A DNA stretch of 57,615 bases, counting the filler, from Sphacelaria rigidula (Eukaryota), in NCBI GenBank assembly GCA_964200075.2. It is 5 parts of 5 records of this genome, joined end to end, with 100 filler letters (N's around TTAATTAATTAA, not from the genome) between each part and the next. Parts side by side here need not be neighbours in the genome. Positions count along the whole stretch, not along the records: positions 34,632 to 46,073 come from CAXNAA020004918.1; positions 46,174 to 57,615 come from CAXNAA020004919.1; 3 more parts are not named here. One strand, 5' to 3'. A program made the position numbers and the translations under genes. The notes under the pieces are model-generated. The model saw only the letters and a program-made list of their open reading frames with translations, had not been told where the DNA came from and made no database searches. Position 1 is the first letter of the stretch. The number at the start of each line of letters is the position of its first letter. This document shows positions 39,601-52,149 of this stretch, one piece after another.

Positions 39601-41924
39601 AGAGCGTGTATCAACAGGTTGGTCTGCAGATCACCGTGATGTGCTCACATCAGTTCATCGTGTGCTAGAGAAATGCGAGCTGTTAGGCTGTCTCAGCTCA
39701 TACACGCCCGTGGAACAAATACGCAGGATATAAATATGAAACTAGGCAGATTTCAAGTTCGCACTACACCGCTTACGGCAGGCAGTAGTGAAAAAAAGTG
39801 CATGCAGCAACTATGAAGGCGATCCGCATGGTGTGTAAGTACTGCATATGCGTATCGCGTATTTGTTTCGCCCCCTCCTCTCTTTTTGAAATGGGTCTGT
39901 AGTCTTGGGGGATCAACTCATTTCCCCCAAACAACTGCACGATGGAATAATTTTTTTGCCAAACGTTGGGGATGTCAAACATTGGATCCGTATGCCAAGC
40001 GTTGGACCTGTTTGCCAAACGTTGGGTCTGAACGTCCGCTGAAAACGAACGTCGGATCAGCAAGTCCGCAGCCCGTTGGATTTCATCGAATTCGTTTCAT
40101 ACTCCTCTTGTTTCTTCATGCTTCGACCTCAGAAACCAAATTCCGTACGAAGGTGCCATATCTGTCGGCATTGGAACTTGCAAAAAGTCGCTAAAACTGG
40201 CCGTTGGTGCACAGCTTCAATCATCGGCGCGGGGTAATCCAGTGGATATAAAGTCGGGAAACTGACGTTCGCTGTCCGGTCAGTTTGCCTCTCTTTGTAT
40301 CGTCATATCACACTACTGCACACCACGCTATGTACCGACGAATATCTTTTCGACTTCTTTAACCCGCGGGCACTGTTCGTCTGCTGTTTGACAGGCCATG
40401 GAGGTGACCGAGAGTATCGATTTCCGGAAAAACTCTGAGAGGGTTTACGAGGCCTCGAGAGTAGCGACAACAATGATTGAAGTGAGCACACAACGATGCT
40501 GGTAAGGTACAATGCATAGTTTGTATCTCATTACGGTCATGATGGCCGCACCCAAGGGGGTGTCTTGCCAGCATAGCAAGATTTCGTGTACTTCAGAGAT
40601 GAACAAGTATGATCAAGGAGCCTATGGAGGCTCGCTGCAGGGGGGCGGAGGAGCACTACGCACCTTTTGGGCCAAAATTGGAGCTCATGATGTCATACGT
40701 GTCTCCAAAATATGTCGCTGAAAGTACAGTATATCCCACGAACATTGCGGCTAGACCAGCAACTAATAGTCCCGGATAATCCAAACTCCCTGTCGATGGC
40801 CCCTGTACGCTTTCCGACAACTGTGCACCATCAAGGATCCACTCGGCGACTTGAGCCCCCAGTTCTCATCCTCCGCCAATCAAGGCCTGGTGCTCCTCGA
40901 CCTTTACCAACCGGTGCTCTCTTACCAAATCCAAGAAGAGATCGACCCCGTTCAGTGGACTGTCCTCGTGGGAAACATAGGTGGAGTGTGGGAAATCATC
41001 CTCGTCATATGGGGGGTGTTATTTGTCGCGGCACGCGTGGAAGACCCCAATCTCAAAGCACGAAACCTCGTCAAGTCTGCTCGCCGAGCCCGAGAACGCG
41101 CCGCGCGTCAGGTCAGGCGGTTGGTTTCCATGAGCAGGAATTCAAGTGGCGGTGGTTGTGGTCACTTGTCTCAGTCATCCTCTACGGCTGTGGTAGACCA
41201 GCAGCCGTCGGCCGTATCGCCGCACGCATCATTTCCCAGGGAGCAGCGCGGTTCCTCTGGGCGGAGTCTGCGTTTATTGATACAAGGGGAGCCGAAGGCG
41301 GACGGGACATGGCAACAGAAGGTAGCTCAGCAAGGTGGTGCTCATTCCGATGAGCCAGTGGGTACTGGCGTATTGATACAAGGGGAGCCGAAGGCGGACG
41401 GGACATGGCAACAGAAGGTAGCTCAGCAAGGTGGTGCTCATTCCGATGGGCCAGTGGGTGTTGGCGTGCTTCCGGACCAACATTGCTTACAAGAGTTGAG
41501 GAAAACCGAGTCGACATCTCAGGTGAACTGTGGCCGATGGGTGAGAATGTTCTGCATGCGTTTGCGGGCGGCGCGGCAACCGAACTGCCGCTGTGCGCAG
41601 ACACAGCATGCATGCGCTCCGAGATTTGGCTAGGGTTGCCTGATCCCGTGTCGGTCACAGTTTCGATGTGTTGCTCTTTTTTTATGCCTTTTTTCCACGC
41701 TGGCAGGAGTCGAGAAGGTGGAGTAATTCACATGTGCATCCAAAGGTAATGTACAGGAATGCACTGACGGCTGCTCGCCAAATCCCTCTCGTATGCGGCA
41801 GATGGATATCGGCAATAGGACTGCTCTTATGAGGTCACCGGTTTCCCAAGAGATTGACAGACCGAGATCGCGAGCACACAGCCCTACGAACGTGGATGTC
41901 GTGCACCACGGCGTCGCATCCTGA
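36629..41924 (+). CDS. Putative DEG/ENaC- or PAC-like two-TM channel-family protein (exons 36629-36672, 36778-36948, 37700-37807, 38283-38335, 38813-38945, 40395-40481, 40836-41522, 41757-41924); N-terminus unresolved
   Basis: All introns are GT-AG with compatible phases, giving a stop-free product. Motifs RYEFPDVSIC near the start and YQIQEEIDPVQWTVLVGNIGGVWEIILVIWGVLFV (hydrophobic helix followed by a basic segment). The first and last exons are less certain. The family call rests on recalled motif resemblance only. Confidence 0.7.
37117..37492 (+). mobile_element. Near full-length degenerate tRNA-derived SINE in an intron
   Basis: The 5' part matches the reverse complement of 56925-57070. 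The 3' part matches the reverse complement of 54825-55030 and 11375-11444. Ends in an (AC)n tail. Confidence 0.7.
41275..41465 (+). repeat. 96-bp (32-aa) tandem duplication in the coding tail
   Basis: LIQGEPKADGTWQQKVAQQGGAHSD occurs twice; units start at 41275 and 41371. Confidence 0.95.
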
Positions 41925-42869
41925 CTGCGGCTTCCCCCCCGACTGCGGCTTCTCCCGTGAGAGCGGTGTCCACTTCCCCTCTTTCCTCCCCCCCCCTCCC
42001 CCCCCCCCTCCCCTACTCCGGCGCTAGCCTCGCCTCTACTGCGGCGTCAACCCACCCTCAGAGCGAGGTCCACCACCTTTGATCAAGCACTTCTGAAGGG
42101 CACGAAGACGCCTCTATATTCTCACGGAAGCCGTCAACATTATATCCAAGCGGATCCAGCTAACAGCATCAGTCAAGAGCAGGGGATCCTGAAAAAGAGA
42201 ATCATACTTATTTTATGGGAACGGGGAAAAAATGGGGGGCTTGAAATCAGGTGAGGAGGTACCCTAGCCCCCCCTCCCCCCCGCCGGCTTTGTTTGTTTT
42301 CGTTTTTACTCATCCGCCCTCCCCCCGAAAGGTTGGCCATGTAAACTGCTTGAGGGAGGTGAGATTTCGCACAACCCGAGCAACGTAAAAGGTAGAGAGC
42401 GACCGGGGTTCGAGGGGCGGGACGCGGAGGATAAAAAAAGGAAACAAACGAGGTTGGTGGGAGGGAGGGAGGGAGGGGGGCGTACTCATGTGTTGCTTGC
42501 CTTAGTCGTTTGACCATTGACCACGCATCCCTTTCGAGACGAGCATCGTTCCCACTCCTGATAGAGACACCTCCAACATTCTGGCGCTCATTGCCTTTCT
42601 TCAAAAGCTCATTACGGGGGTGTTGTTTTCCACTATATATAGTGCACGTGCTCCTCGATGCCGATGCAGCACAACTTGCTTTTTTTTCTCAATCTAGCCC
42701 GGCACCAAACCCAACAAACTATCGACTGTGTGTATTTTCATGTTTCACACCTACCTCGCGACTGATATCTCACTGAAGCAGTGCGGGGTAATGAGGGAAA
42801 ATTAAAAATTGCCGATTTGCCGGGCCTCCAGGCCGGTTGTGAAAAAAAAATGTCGGAACGGAATGTACA

Positions 42870-43389
42870 CAGGGGTGTCAAAAAGTGCCTGCGGCGCTGC
42901 GGCAGCGCAGATATTTAGGAAAATATGTGCGCAGCGCAGAGTCTCGACGGGCTTATCTGCGGCTTGCCGCAGGCATTTCGCCGGAGGCGAAAACAAAATC
43001 TGCGACCTCCCTATCGCCGAAGGCGACAAAAAGAAATGGGGGGGGGGTCTTTTTATGTGCATCATCCGGACAATTTTCGTTCATTTACGCACAACATCCC
43101 GTGCCTTGTTTATATTACTCTCTAAATGTACTATTTTTGTGCGTCAAACAACGTCAAACCACTTAAAATAGGTTTTACCACGTACTAAAACCATTTTTTG
43201 GCTGATTTTGGAGGGTATTTCGAAAGGAAAGGCCGAATTTTCCCGCTACGCGCGGCCCCTCCGGGAAGGGCCCTACGCGGGCACCCCCCTCTGGGGGCCC
43301 TCCCGGGGGCTCCTGCGGAGGGCCACATATCGCCTTCGGCTCTGGTCTGCGCGAGCGCAGACCATGCCTCCGGACTTTTTGACGCCCTG
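42870..43389. mobile_element. hAT-like MITE
   Basis: Termini CAGGGGTGTCAAAAAGT / ACTTTTTGACGCCCTG. Flanks atgtacac / atctacac resemble an 8-bp TSD (left boundary ambiguous by 1 nt). Confidence 0.65.
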
Positions 43390-44902
43390 ATCTACACTGA
43401 AAACTGGTTCTAAGAAGTGTCGTTCCGGGCTTCGGGGTGCCGGGCTAGAACCCGAAAAAAAGCAAGATGGAAAAATGAAAAATCGCGCTGTGTGCACACG
43501 CTGGTGGGGGCCAAGAAGGAGACGACAAAAGATATGGACTTCGATCATGAGGACACACAGGAGTGCCGTGATGTGCAGAGCACGCTCCCCGAGGGATACC
43601 GCATTTGCAAGGTCGCGGTCGACAGTAAAACTGCTCGAATATATCTACTCGCAATAAACAACATGTCCGTGAGATTGAGAGTAGAGCGCGAATTGAGAGT
43701 GACCTTGATCACTCGCTTTAACTTACCCAATTTATCATTCCGGGTGTGCTCTTCTTTGCCTCGATCATTGCCGTGTGCTTCCAGCTACACGTCGATATCC
43801 TACTCAGTGATATCAAGCGCCTCAGTGGCAAGCTACTACAGAAAGAGTATCGGGCCTCGTGGAGGGGCATTTCGGAACTGAAACGATTCATTCATTAATT
43901 GACCGCTTTTCACTCTCAATCGTATCCTCTACTCTCAATCTCACGAAAACATTGTTAACAGTCTAACGTTAACCGAGGTGACACGCATGAGCTGAAATAT
44001 CTCGCTAGCCTTACGCGTCTTGCCGCGGGCGTTTCGGGGATATCTTTACTTTTTTTTTCCTCAACCGCAATCAAGAGTAGACGGATGGTCAACTGTATGA
44101 GGACCAAGGGGCACGTGCACTTTACTACCATATTCCACTGCATATACCCATACCCATGAACTCCCATGATACGTCGTACGCGTCACAAGCTGTTTTGTCG
44201 CCGGTTAAATGGTCATCATTCAAACGCTCGAAATCAAATGCAAGGTAGGTACCGGAGGAAAGAGGCGGACCGGTCTCTTGAGCCTCACGAAGGATTCATC
44301 CCGAGGGAGGGAGGGAAATTTTCAAATACGAAGAAAAAAGTGTGTATATATCGGGAGCGGCTAAGCGCGGTCTTAGCTAATTTGTCTACAGCCAATGGTG
44401 GCGGTTCGTCTGCATATGCGAAACAACGTTTCCCGTGAGAAACGAGTAATTTCAATTGATTAAATTTTTTCAACAATTTCTTCGAAGCAGTTGGTGACCA
44501 AAGATCGGGCATGGACAAGTTCAACAGGAGAGAAGAAGTACCGTGCTCGCATTCACCTGATTCGTTCAAGCGGAAACCTTCACATTCAACGAATATAGAG
44601 CAAGAGCACCGGGCGCGGCTTTGAACCACCCATAGCGATGCTATCGCCCTTTGCCGAAAGATTGGCCCGGTGCCAGCGTGGGAACGACCTCAGCATCCAT
44701 TTTGGATTTGGTTTTTGGTTTTTATTGGAGTATGTGCATTTGCAAAAATAGATTTTGTCATTTAGCCGAAAATTTCTCCGCTTTCTTCAGCATCACCACT
44801 GGCAAACTCGCCAAGAAACCAATAAAGAAGAAGAAAAGGAAGGAAAAAGACAATCAGGGGAGACAGAGCACAATCTGTGCACTACTTTTTGCGGGGGTGT
44901 AG

Positions 44903-44990
44903 GTGTATGTGTATGCGTATGTGTATGTGTATGCGTATGTGTATGTGTATGTGTATGCGTATGCGTATGCGTATGCGTATGCGTATGCGT
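44903..44990. repeat. (GTATGT/GTATGC)n microsatellite
   Basis: Directly visible. Confidence 0.95.
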
Positions 44991-46073
44991 TTACAAGGGC
45001 AAAATTCGCGACGTGCTTATCTAGTCTGAAATATTGAAATTTTCCATGTCTTCAAACAGTTATGTATGTGTGTTTGTGTTCTCATTTTAATATTATTATT
45101 ATTATTCCGCACATTAGTCCGATATCGCGAACCCGTGGTCACAAACGTAGGCTCGCCTTTCCAATACCGTCCCTGCTATTCCTTACTAGACACATTACCA
45201 AAAATACAAAATAGGAAGAGAGGCGCCACGAAAACCGGTGACAAGTAGCTCCCCCGAGTTCATTAAAACGGCCAAAAATTTCGACGGAAAAATGGAGGAA
45301 AAAAAAACACTGGCAGTGTGCTCATCATGACAGTTGAAGACCTTTCATTCCGCGGAGATGTGAGCAATCACCCGGAGAACAGAATTGGGTGTTGAAAAAA
45401 ATAGATCAAGCGGAATTAAAGGGTGTATTTGGGGAGAGACGAACTTGTAGTGCTGAAATGTCTGCCGGTAAGCTCACTCGTTGCGTCTGACTCAAACTCA
45501 AGACGAACGCTTCACGCACAAAATGAGATACTCCCACGACGCCCACCAAAGAATTAAAAAAAAAAAAATGCTGAATAAAGAAAAGAAAAAAAAATACGGT
45601 GCGTTAAACAGTTTTATCCATTCCGTACCCATTCCTAACCGCGTTCACCCCAAACGCTGTGCTTGCTCATTGTAGTACTGGCTACCCTTTGTCTCACCTG
45701 ACTGGCGTTAGCTTGGCCTTTGTGATGACGGTGCCCTTCAAGGCTAGCGGAATCCCCGGCACAAACCCCACCTTGAGATCGATTTCGGACACCTGCGGAG
45801 AGAACATTTTCGAGGGATATCCCAAAAAGACACCATCGCTTGAGTACCTGCGACGCATTACACATTATACTCCTAGGACTTTTTTCATCAACTGTTGGGC
45901 AGGCAGGCGATACATATCCCATATTTTTGGGATATCATCAAGGGCGGAAACTGCTGGACCTCTGGGTGCCCATGAAGGGTAGCAGCGATCAACCGTGCAC
46001 CCTCTTGACCAGATCCATGGGGCAGATGGAGGGGGGGGGGGGGGGGGGGGGGGTGCGTTTGTTTGTTGGCTTG

Positions 46074-46173
46074 NNNNNNNNNNNNNNNNNNNNNNNNNNN
46101 NNNNNNNNNNNNNNNNNTTAATTAATTAANNNNNNNNNNNNNNNNNNNNNNNNNNNNNNNNNNNNNNNNNNNN
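46074..46173. other. Artificial contig spacer
   Basis: 44 N + TTAATTAATTAA + 44 N. Confidence 0.97.
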
Positions 46174-46334
46174 GGCGATACCAGAAAATAAAGCAACTCA
46201 TCGGAAGCTGTCATCCAAATGCAAGATAATCACTGGGCTTCGGGCCGTTGCAAGGGCGGCCAGCTATCCGTGGGCCGCCGCATTGCTATCGCGGTGGAGG
46301 TTGCGAGGACAACTAATCGTTTGTTTTCCCCTGG

Positions 46335-46650
46335 GCACCCCCAAGTGCCCTGTTTTTAGTGTGGGACCCCCAAGTGTCTTGGTTTTGGCGTGTAACCCCC
46401 AATTGTACTGGTTTTGTGTGGGGACGCTATTATACTGGTTTTAGTATGGGGGACGCGACATGGATCGTTGAGTTGGAGCGTTGAGTAGAGGGGGGGGGGC
46501 TACTGTTGTTTGGTTTGCCCCCCAAGTGTCTTGGTTTTAGTGTGGGACCCCCAAGTCTATTGTTTTTAGTGTGTGGTCACTATTATACTGGTTTTAGTGT
46601 GGGTATGCGACATGGATCGTTGAGTCGAAGCGTTAAGTAGAGGGGGGTTA
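46335..46650 (+). repeat. Degenerate ~30-bp tandem repeats with a higher-order duplication
   Basis: Recurring gtgtgggacccccaagtgtcttggttttag. The block tattatactggttttagt...cgacatggatcgttgagt occurs twice. Confidence 0.75.
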
Positions 46651-47667
46651 GGTTTAGGGTTGGGGATAATTTTTGGGGGTTTTCAGTGTTGTTTTTTGAT
46701 AGTGCCCCCGGTGGAAAGTGGTCAAAATACGGCCGTTGTTGGCCTGACTACTTTTTTGTTAGCCGCTAGCTCATGCAGGGTAGTGCGCAAGAGAAAAAAA
46801 TGTGTTTCAACCCGAAAAACGCTGAAGATTTCAAAACAATTATCGCCGAAGACATCCGACACCGTTGAGGGCTCGTACAAACATAACTCCCCAGACTTAT
46901 GGGACAGAGGAAGTATTGGAATATATGGTCTGCGATATTCGTGTCCACGTCTAGGTGTGTGCGCTGTGCGGTCAAGTACTCGCCTCTGCAACAGCGTCCC
47001 CACCGTCATTGTAGTACGATGATACTTAAAAAATATTGATTTGAGTGTGACACATGTGTACACAGAACACTTTGGAGTATGAAACATATGTCGGGTGAAA
47101 TAACTGGCCCAACTGGTTACAAGACCGATCAGTCAAGCAGTTGTACCAGTTAACCGTAAGTGGTCAGTCCAACTGACAGCCAGTTCACACCTCTACTCTA
47201 CACTGAAGCCTACATTAAACCCTGGGCGATATATACAGCGGATGATGACGATTTTTGGTGTGGACCTTCCCTGGAGCACGGGGAACGATCGATACCCTCA
47301 CCTTCACATACTTCTTCATCTTCTCGAGGTATGGCGCACATCAGGTTCCGTACGAAATCAATATACAGTATTACCAGCAGAGGCACTAAATACACCAAAG
47401 CTGGACATCGCGTCTCTGTTGTTGAGAGTCGTGCTTTGAAATTTCGTTTGAAGAACCGCTAGTGCATAATAACATTAGAAAACCCAGCTGCGAAATGGCC
47501 TGCACACTATGGATCTGCTTCTAGGCTAGCCCAGCTCGTATCGAGCACCACATTCACCAACCTAGCATGAATCGACCATTAGTTTTTATCAAAAGCGATT
47601 AGAATCGGGGCATAATATCCACAAAGCGAGCACCGCTTTTGGTGAGATCACGAGCCTAAAAAGACGA

Positions 47668-48637
47668 CTACACGAGGATGATTGAGAACCCTAAATTGCG
47701 CTGTAGCACAGCAACTTTCATTGGTCCAAAAATAACAACGTCAACAAACGGCTGGCCTACCAATTCTTTCCACCGTCGCCTTACCCGGGTCAGCAATTTG
47801 GCAGTGACCGAACCCGTTGGCGTGAGCGATCTCTTGCACATGTTGCATCGCTCCTGCGTCACCGTAAACTTCGATTGATCCATCTCTCTGTTGTACGTAG
47901 GCAGCCCAACTGGTTTTCGTGATGAAGACTGCACTGCTGCCATGAGGTTGAGGGAGTCCCGAACTTTCTTCCGGAAATCTTCCGGCCTCTCCTGCAGGAA
48001 CGCTACGGCTGATCGCCTCCCCACCTGTTCACGCGCCTTCACAGCACCCATCTCCACACTAAAGCCCACCCGTTTACCTCCGTGTACGCACAAACCCAAC
48101 GCTACCATGTTAGTGTGTTTGTACTTCCCGGTTCCTTCGAGTATGCTTTCTGTGCACCGTTTTTCTCTGGCAGACTGTGAGGTCTACGATATATGGGCGG
48201 GCTCGTACTCCTGAGTGCACATCAACATGTTGGTATGCGCATCGACGTATGAAAAGTGAGCTTGCCACGAGCTTCGATAGCCTCCCCGTTCATGCCAAGC
48301 ACAAATATGTCGTTTCGCGATATCGAGATTCTAACCGATAGCGAGCGTATCAGACAGAGTTCCAACACACGCGTACCGACGTCAAATATTTCCGCCCTGC
48401 TATGGTGTGCGAGCGCGATATGTATGAGCGCGTTACCTTGCACATTAATCGCGTCTCCGGGATCTTTCTTGACGTGCGCCCACCGGTGCTCAACTGTACG
48501 ACCCACGTTCTCTCGCACGGCGAAGAACCCCGTTGTACCTACACACACCCTACCCCGTTCTCTACGCACACATGTTCTGTGAAGATTTCGGTTTTGCAGA
48601 ACGCCATCCTCTCGACAACTTGTATGGTCTTCTCCTT
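47668..48637 (-). pseudogene. Decayed intronless coding-like sequence of unknown family
   Basis: Adjacent minus-strand ORFs (47668-48108, 48222-48755, 48539-48841) have globular-looking composition and can be joined through stops and frameshifts. No motif recognised. Confidence 0.35.
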
Positions 48638-50609
48638 CAGGGTTAGGGTTACGGTTAGGATTAAGATTAACAGGACGAGTACTCGAGGCATTGATCGAGG
48701 TCGGCATTGAAGGCGGCGCGGCGTGACCACACACGTCGTCGGCCACACTCTCCACTGGGTCGCCGCTGGTTCCGAACTGTCGCCGTCCGCTACATGCGTG
48801 CGAAAGACTGACATGAAAAGGGCGCAGAGGAGAACCGCCATTGGAACTAAACGCCCACCCAGCAGATTCTATAGATCAAATTGTGGAGCCCTAGCCCATC
48901 GCATTCGACAAGTTTCAGCTTGGTTCGTCTTACACAAGCTCTTAATCAGCAAGTTTTCACTCCAGAACTAGATATGTGAGCATGACCGACGACGGCACAT
49001 GAGTGGCCGTGACACAATCCTGATTTGGCTGCCCGAAACACGTTCTAAGGAGCAAACAGTAAAGGCAATGCGAACCTCGACGTGGGGTTACTCTCCCCTT
49101 CACCACCTTCTCACGTTTCTACCTTGTGTTGAAGTCCAAAATAAGACAAAGCAGTAGGCGGGGCAACGGGCGGACACATGTGTGACACTCTTCTCTTGAG
49201 CAGCTGCTCCGCCCTGAGTCTGTATTCACCAATGCCACCCCGCTGTTCTGGGAGAAAGAGGTGCAAACTGACACTACAGTGCTGGTTGCAGCATCGTGCT
49301 CCCCAGCAGGAAGCTTGAGGACAGTTGGTCGCACATGTCTACTACCATCCACGCACACCTGGTCGCTTCTTACTGCTGCCTTCATCAACTGCGGCGTGCC
49401 TTGCCCTGTGTCGCTTACACCTGTTTTTACGTCCAACCAACGGGTCGTACATTGCAGCAACCACTAGTGTAATTATCACATGAGGCGAGGCACGCTTCGA
49501 TAATGCGCCATCCTCCCTGCCCTATGAAGGCGTCGGCCATATCCAGAAACAAAACAAGTGCAATGTCAATGACAGCAGGCAGTATATTGATGGGGGCGGG
49601 CGGGTGGGGGGCTCGGAGGGCATGGCGTCGGAATACGTACACGTTTCACCACTTCACATCAGTATCCCGCTAAAATGCTTCAACCCCTATTTCCTGCATA
49701 TTTTTGTGGTGCCATACAAGAGGTTGCACATCTACAAGTACGCTAAACAAAAGTTGACTTCGATTCTGAAATATTGATTACCACGGTCATCTTCAGAGTT
49801 CCGTATCCACCGTTCTCTCCTTCGGCCGTGCATTCCACTTGGAAATTAGGCAAAACCTAACACCGATACATGGCACACATGTACTCACACGGAAACACTC
49901 CAACGCCGAAACACTGGGATCAGCGATATGGGAGGATGTTGTAATTTACCAATTACGGCCTCACCCTTGGTATTCGCAAAATTGGAAGATTCTCTTGTCG
50001 CATTGGCAGCCCTTGACCATGGGATCACGGTTACAATTCTTATAGCAACCGCCGTAAGCCCATCGGCCGCACTTGTCGTTGCCAAGGCATACGTTTCTCC
50101 GCGTTCCCATCACGAATACTACGGAGTTGTCCTCACGGTAGCATTTAGAGCAGTGTATGTAAAACTGCTGCTTCGCTGCGCCAACCTTGACCACCTCTAC
50201 CTGGCATGTGCCGCGTAGTCGCTCGATCATCTCCCGTCGGTGCTCGTCCGAATGGGTCGCCGCTACCTGCGAGCGGTGCCCGCCCAATCCCTTGTCGGCC
50301 GCCTCCCGGCGGCGCTCGGTCGAGCGAGTCTCTCCCACCTCCCAGCAGCGCCCGCCCACTCACACCTCGGTCTGCCAGCGGGGTACTTCAAATCGATTGC
50401 GATCTGTTCGCGAGTTGTTGCCCCCACTGCATTTTCAGTACGTATCACTTGTTTCCCCCTGGATTGGATGTTGGCTTGATTCCTATCACCAGCAGTAGCC
50501 ACGCGTGCGGGACACATCCGATGTGCGCAGCTCACACAGAGAGATGCGCACATCTTTATCTCCTAGCACTTAGCCAAGTGAGGAAGCATGGATCCATCGG
50601 CGGGTAATA

Positions 50610-50855
50610 CGGACCAGCGCTTTCCAGCACGGTGGCTATCACGCGCAAGGTGCGTGGGCGTTGTCGCCCGATTGAAACGCGAACCGTCTCTCCCACGAGG
50701 AAGAACAGAAGCAGCAGCAGCAGCAGTATCGGCACCGGCTGATTCAGACACACCCCCAGTCATACACATCTACTTGCAGTGAAGGTGCTGCTGCTGCTGC
50801 TGCTGCTCCTTCTCGTGCAGGAGACGATCCGCGTTCCGTCTTCCCCCCGAGAAAG

Positions 50856-50916
<61 letters not shown>

Positions 50917-51120
50917 GTAGTATCGGCACCGGCTGATTCAGACCCACCCCCAGCCGTACACATCCACTTCCAGCAAAGATGCTGCCGCTCCTGCTGCAGC
51001 TGCTGCTGCTGCTACTACTTCTGCTCCTTCTCGTGCGGGAGGCGATCCGCGTTTCGACCTGCGACAATGTCCATACACCGTTGCGCGTGATTGCCACCCT
51101 GCTTGAAATCGCTGGTCTGT
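50610..51120. mobile_element. Foldback-like element with ~95-bp imperfect TIRs, opposed CAG/CTG tracts and an internal duplication
   Basis: gaccagcgctttccagcacggtggctatcacgcgcaa... pairs with ...ttgcgcgtgattgccaccctgcttgaaatcgctggtc. The core gtatcggcaccggctgattcagac occurs twice. Confidence 0.7.
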
Positions 51121-52149
51121 TTCCGTGCTGTTACCGTCACTGTATCGCTTGTTTCTCACCGTCGATTAGAACGGCGCGTCATTTCTCGTGATGATGAAGT
51201 CGTGAACCGTCACTTCACCATCACTGTCATGAAATGGTTCTGACTTTCCTTGTTTCGTTGAAACACCGCCTTAAGGTCGGATGTAATGGCAACAGATTTT
51301 TGAATCCTGGTCACATGAATCCGCGGCAAATTTGGGTTCGGGAACGATCTTATGGCAGCACACAGATTTTCATACCATATTGTTCTGATTTGCATACGTC
51401 CACCGGGGTTTCGAGGTTCATGTGTAGCGTGTTTCAACAGCTCACAGTCCGGTAGGTGTCTCGCGTGTTTTGGTGGGCTGTAGTGATGCAGCGTCACTAC
51501 CGCAGAGACGTCGTCACCACCCCACTAACACCAGTGCCGGCTCTTTCGAACACATAGGTAAGCGACCATGCCTCCCCCGTTGCTGCTAAAGTTGAATCTT
51601 TCATCGGAGGATCGCAGAACCACCCGCCAGTGCGCATCACACGTCTCCTCTCTCGCCGTCTCTGCAATGCTTTTGCCAGGAGACCGACGAGCAAGGCGTG
51701 CCGTTTTTTGTCTCGCGCGCGCGAAGCGGGCTCCATCTCGCGTCGGGTGCGGCGTGTGGTTGTTTCGTGTGTTGTTGGTTGTGATCGACAGAATCACTCA
51801 CAAAAGGGCACCTAGCACGCCGCCACATAAAAGAAAAACGCGGTGTGACCTCATTATGATGGTCTGCCGGCCAAAACGCAAAAGTCCGTGTGCAAAAATC
51901 TGTGCTTGACGACCCCCGCCAGTTTGCCCAAAACTCTGTGGGACTCGGGCCCCGAGTCTTGGTCCCAGTAGATTATTTCACCCAAACGTTCGAACAATCG
52001 GTACCCGTAAGATGGGTGTAACACGAATTATTTCAAAATCTGAAGATCCGCGGCCAAAAATCTGTTGCCCTAACATCCCGCCTAAGGCCCGTTGTTATCG
52101 AAGAAATGTTTTCTGGAGAAGTCCTGAAAAATGGACAATGGACAACAAA

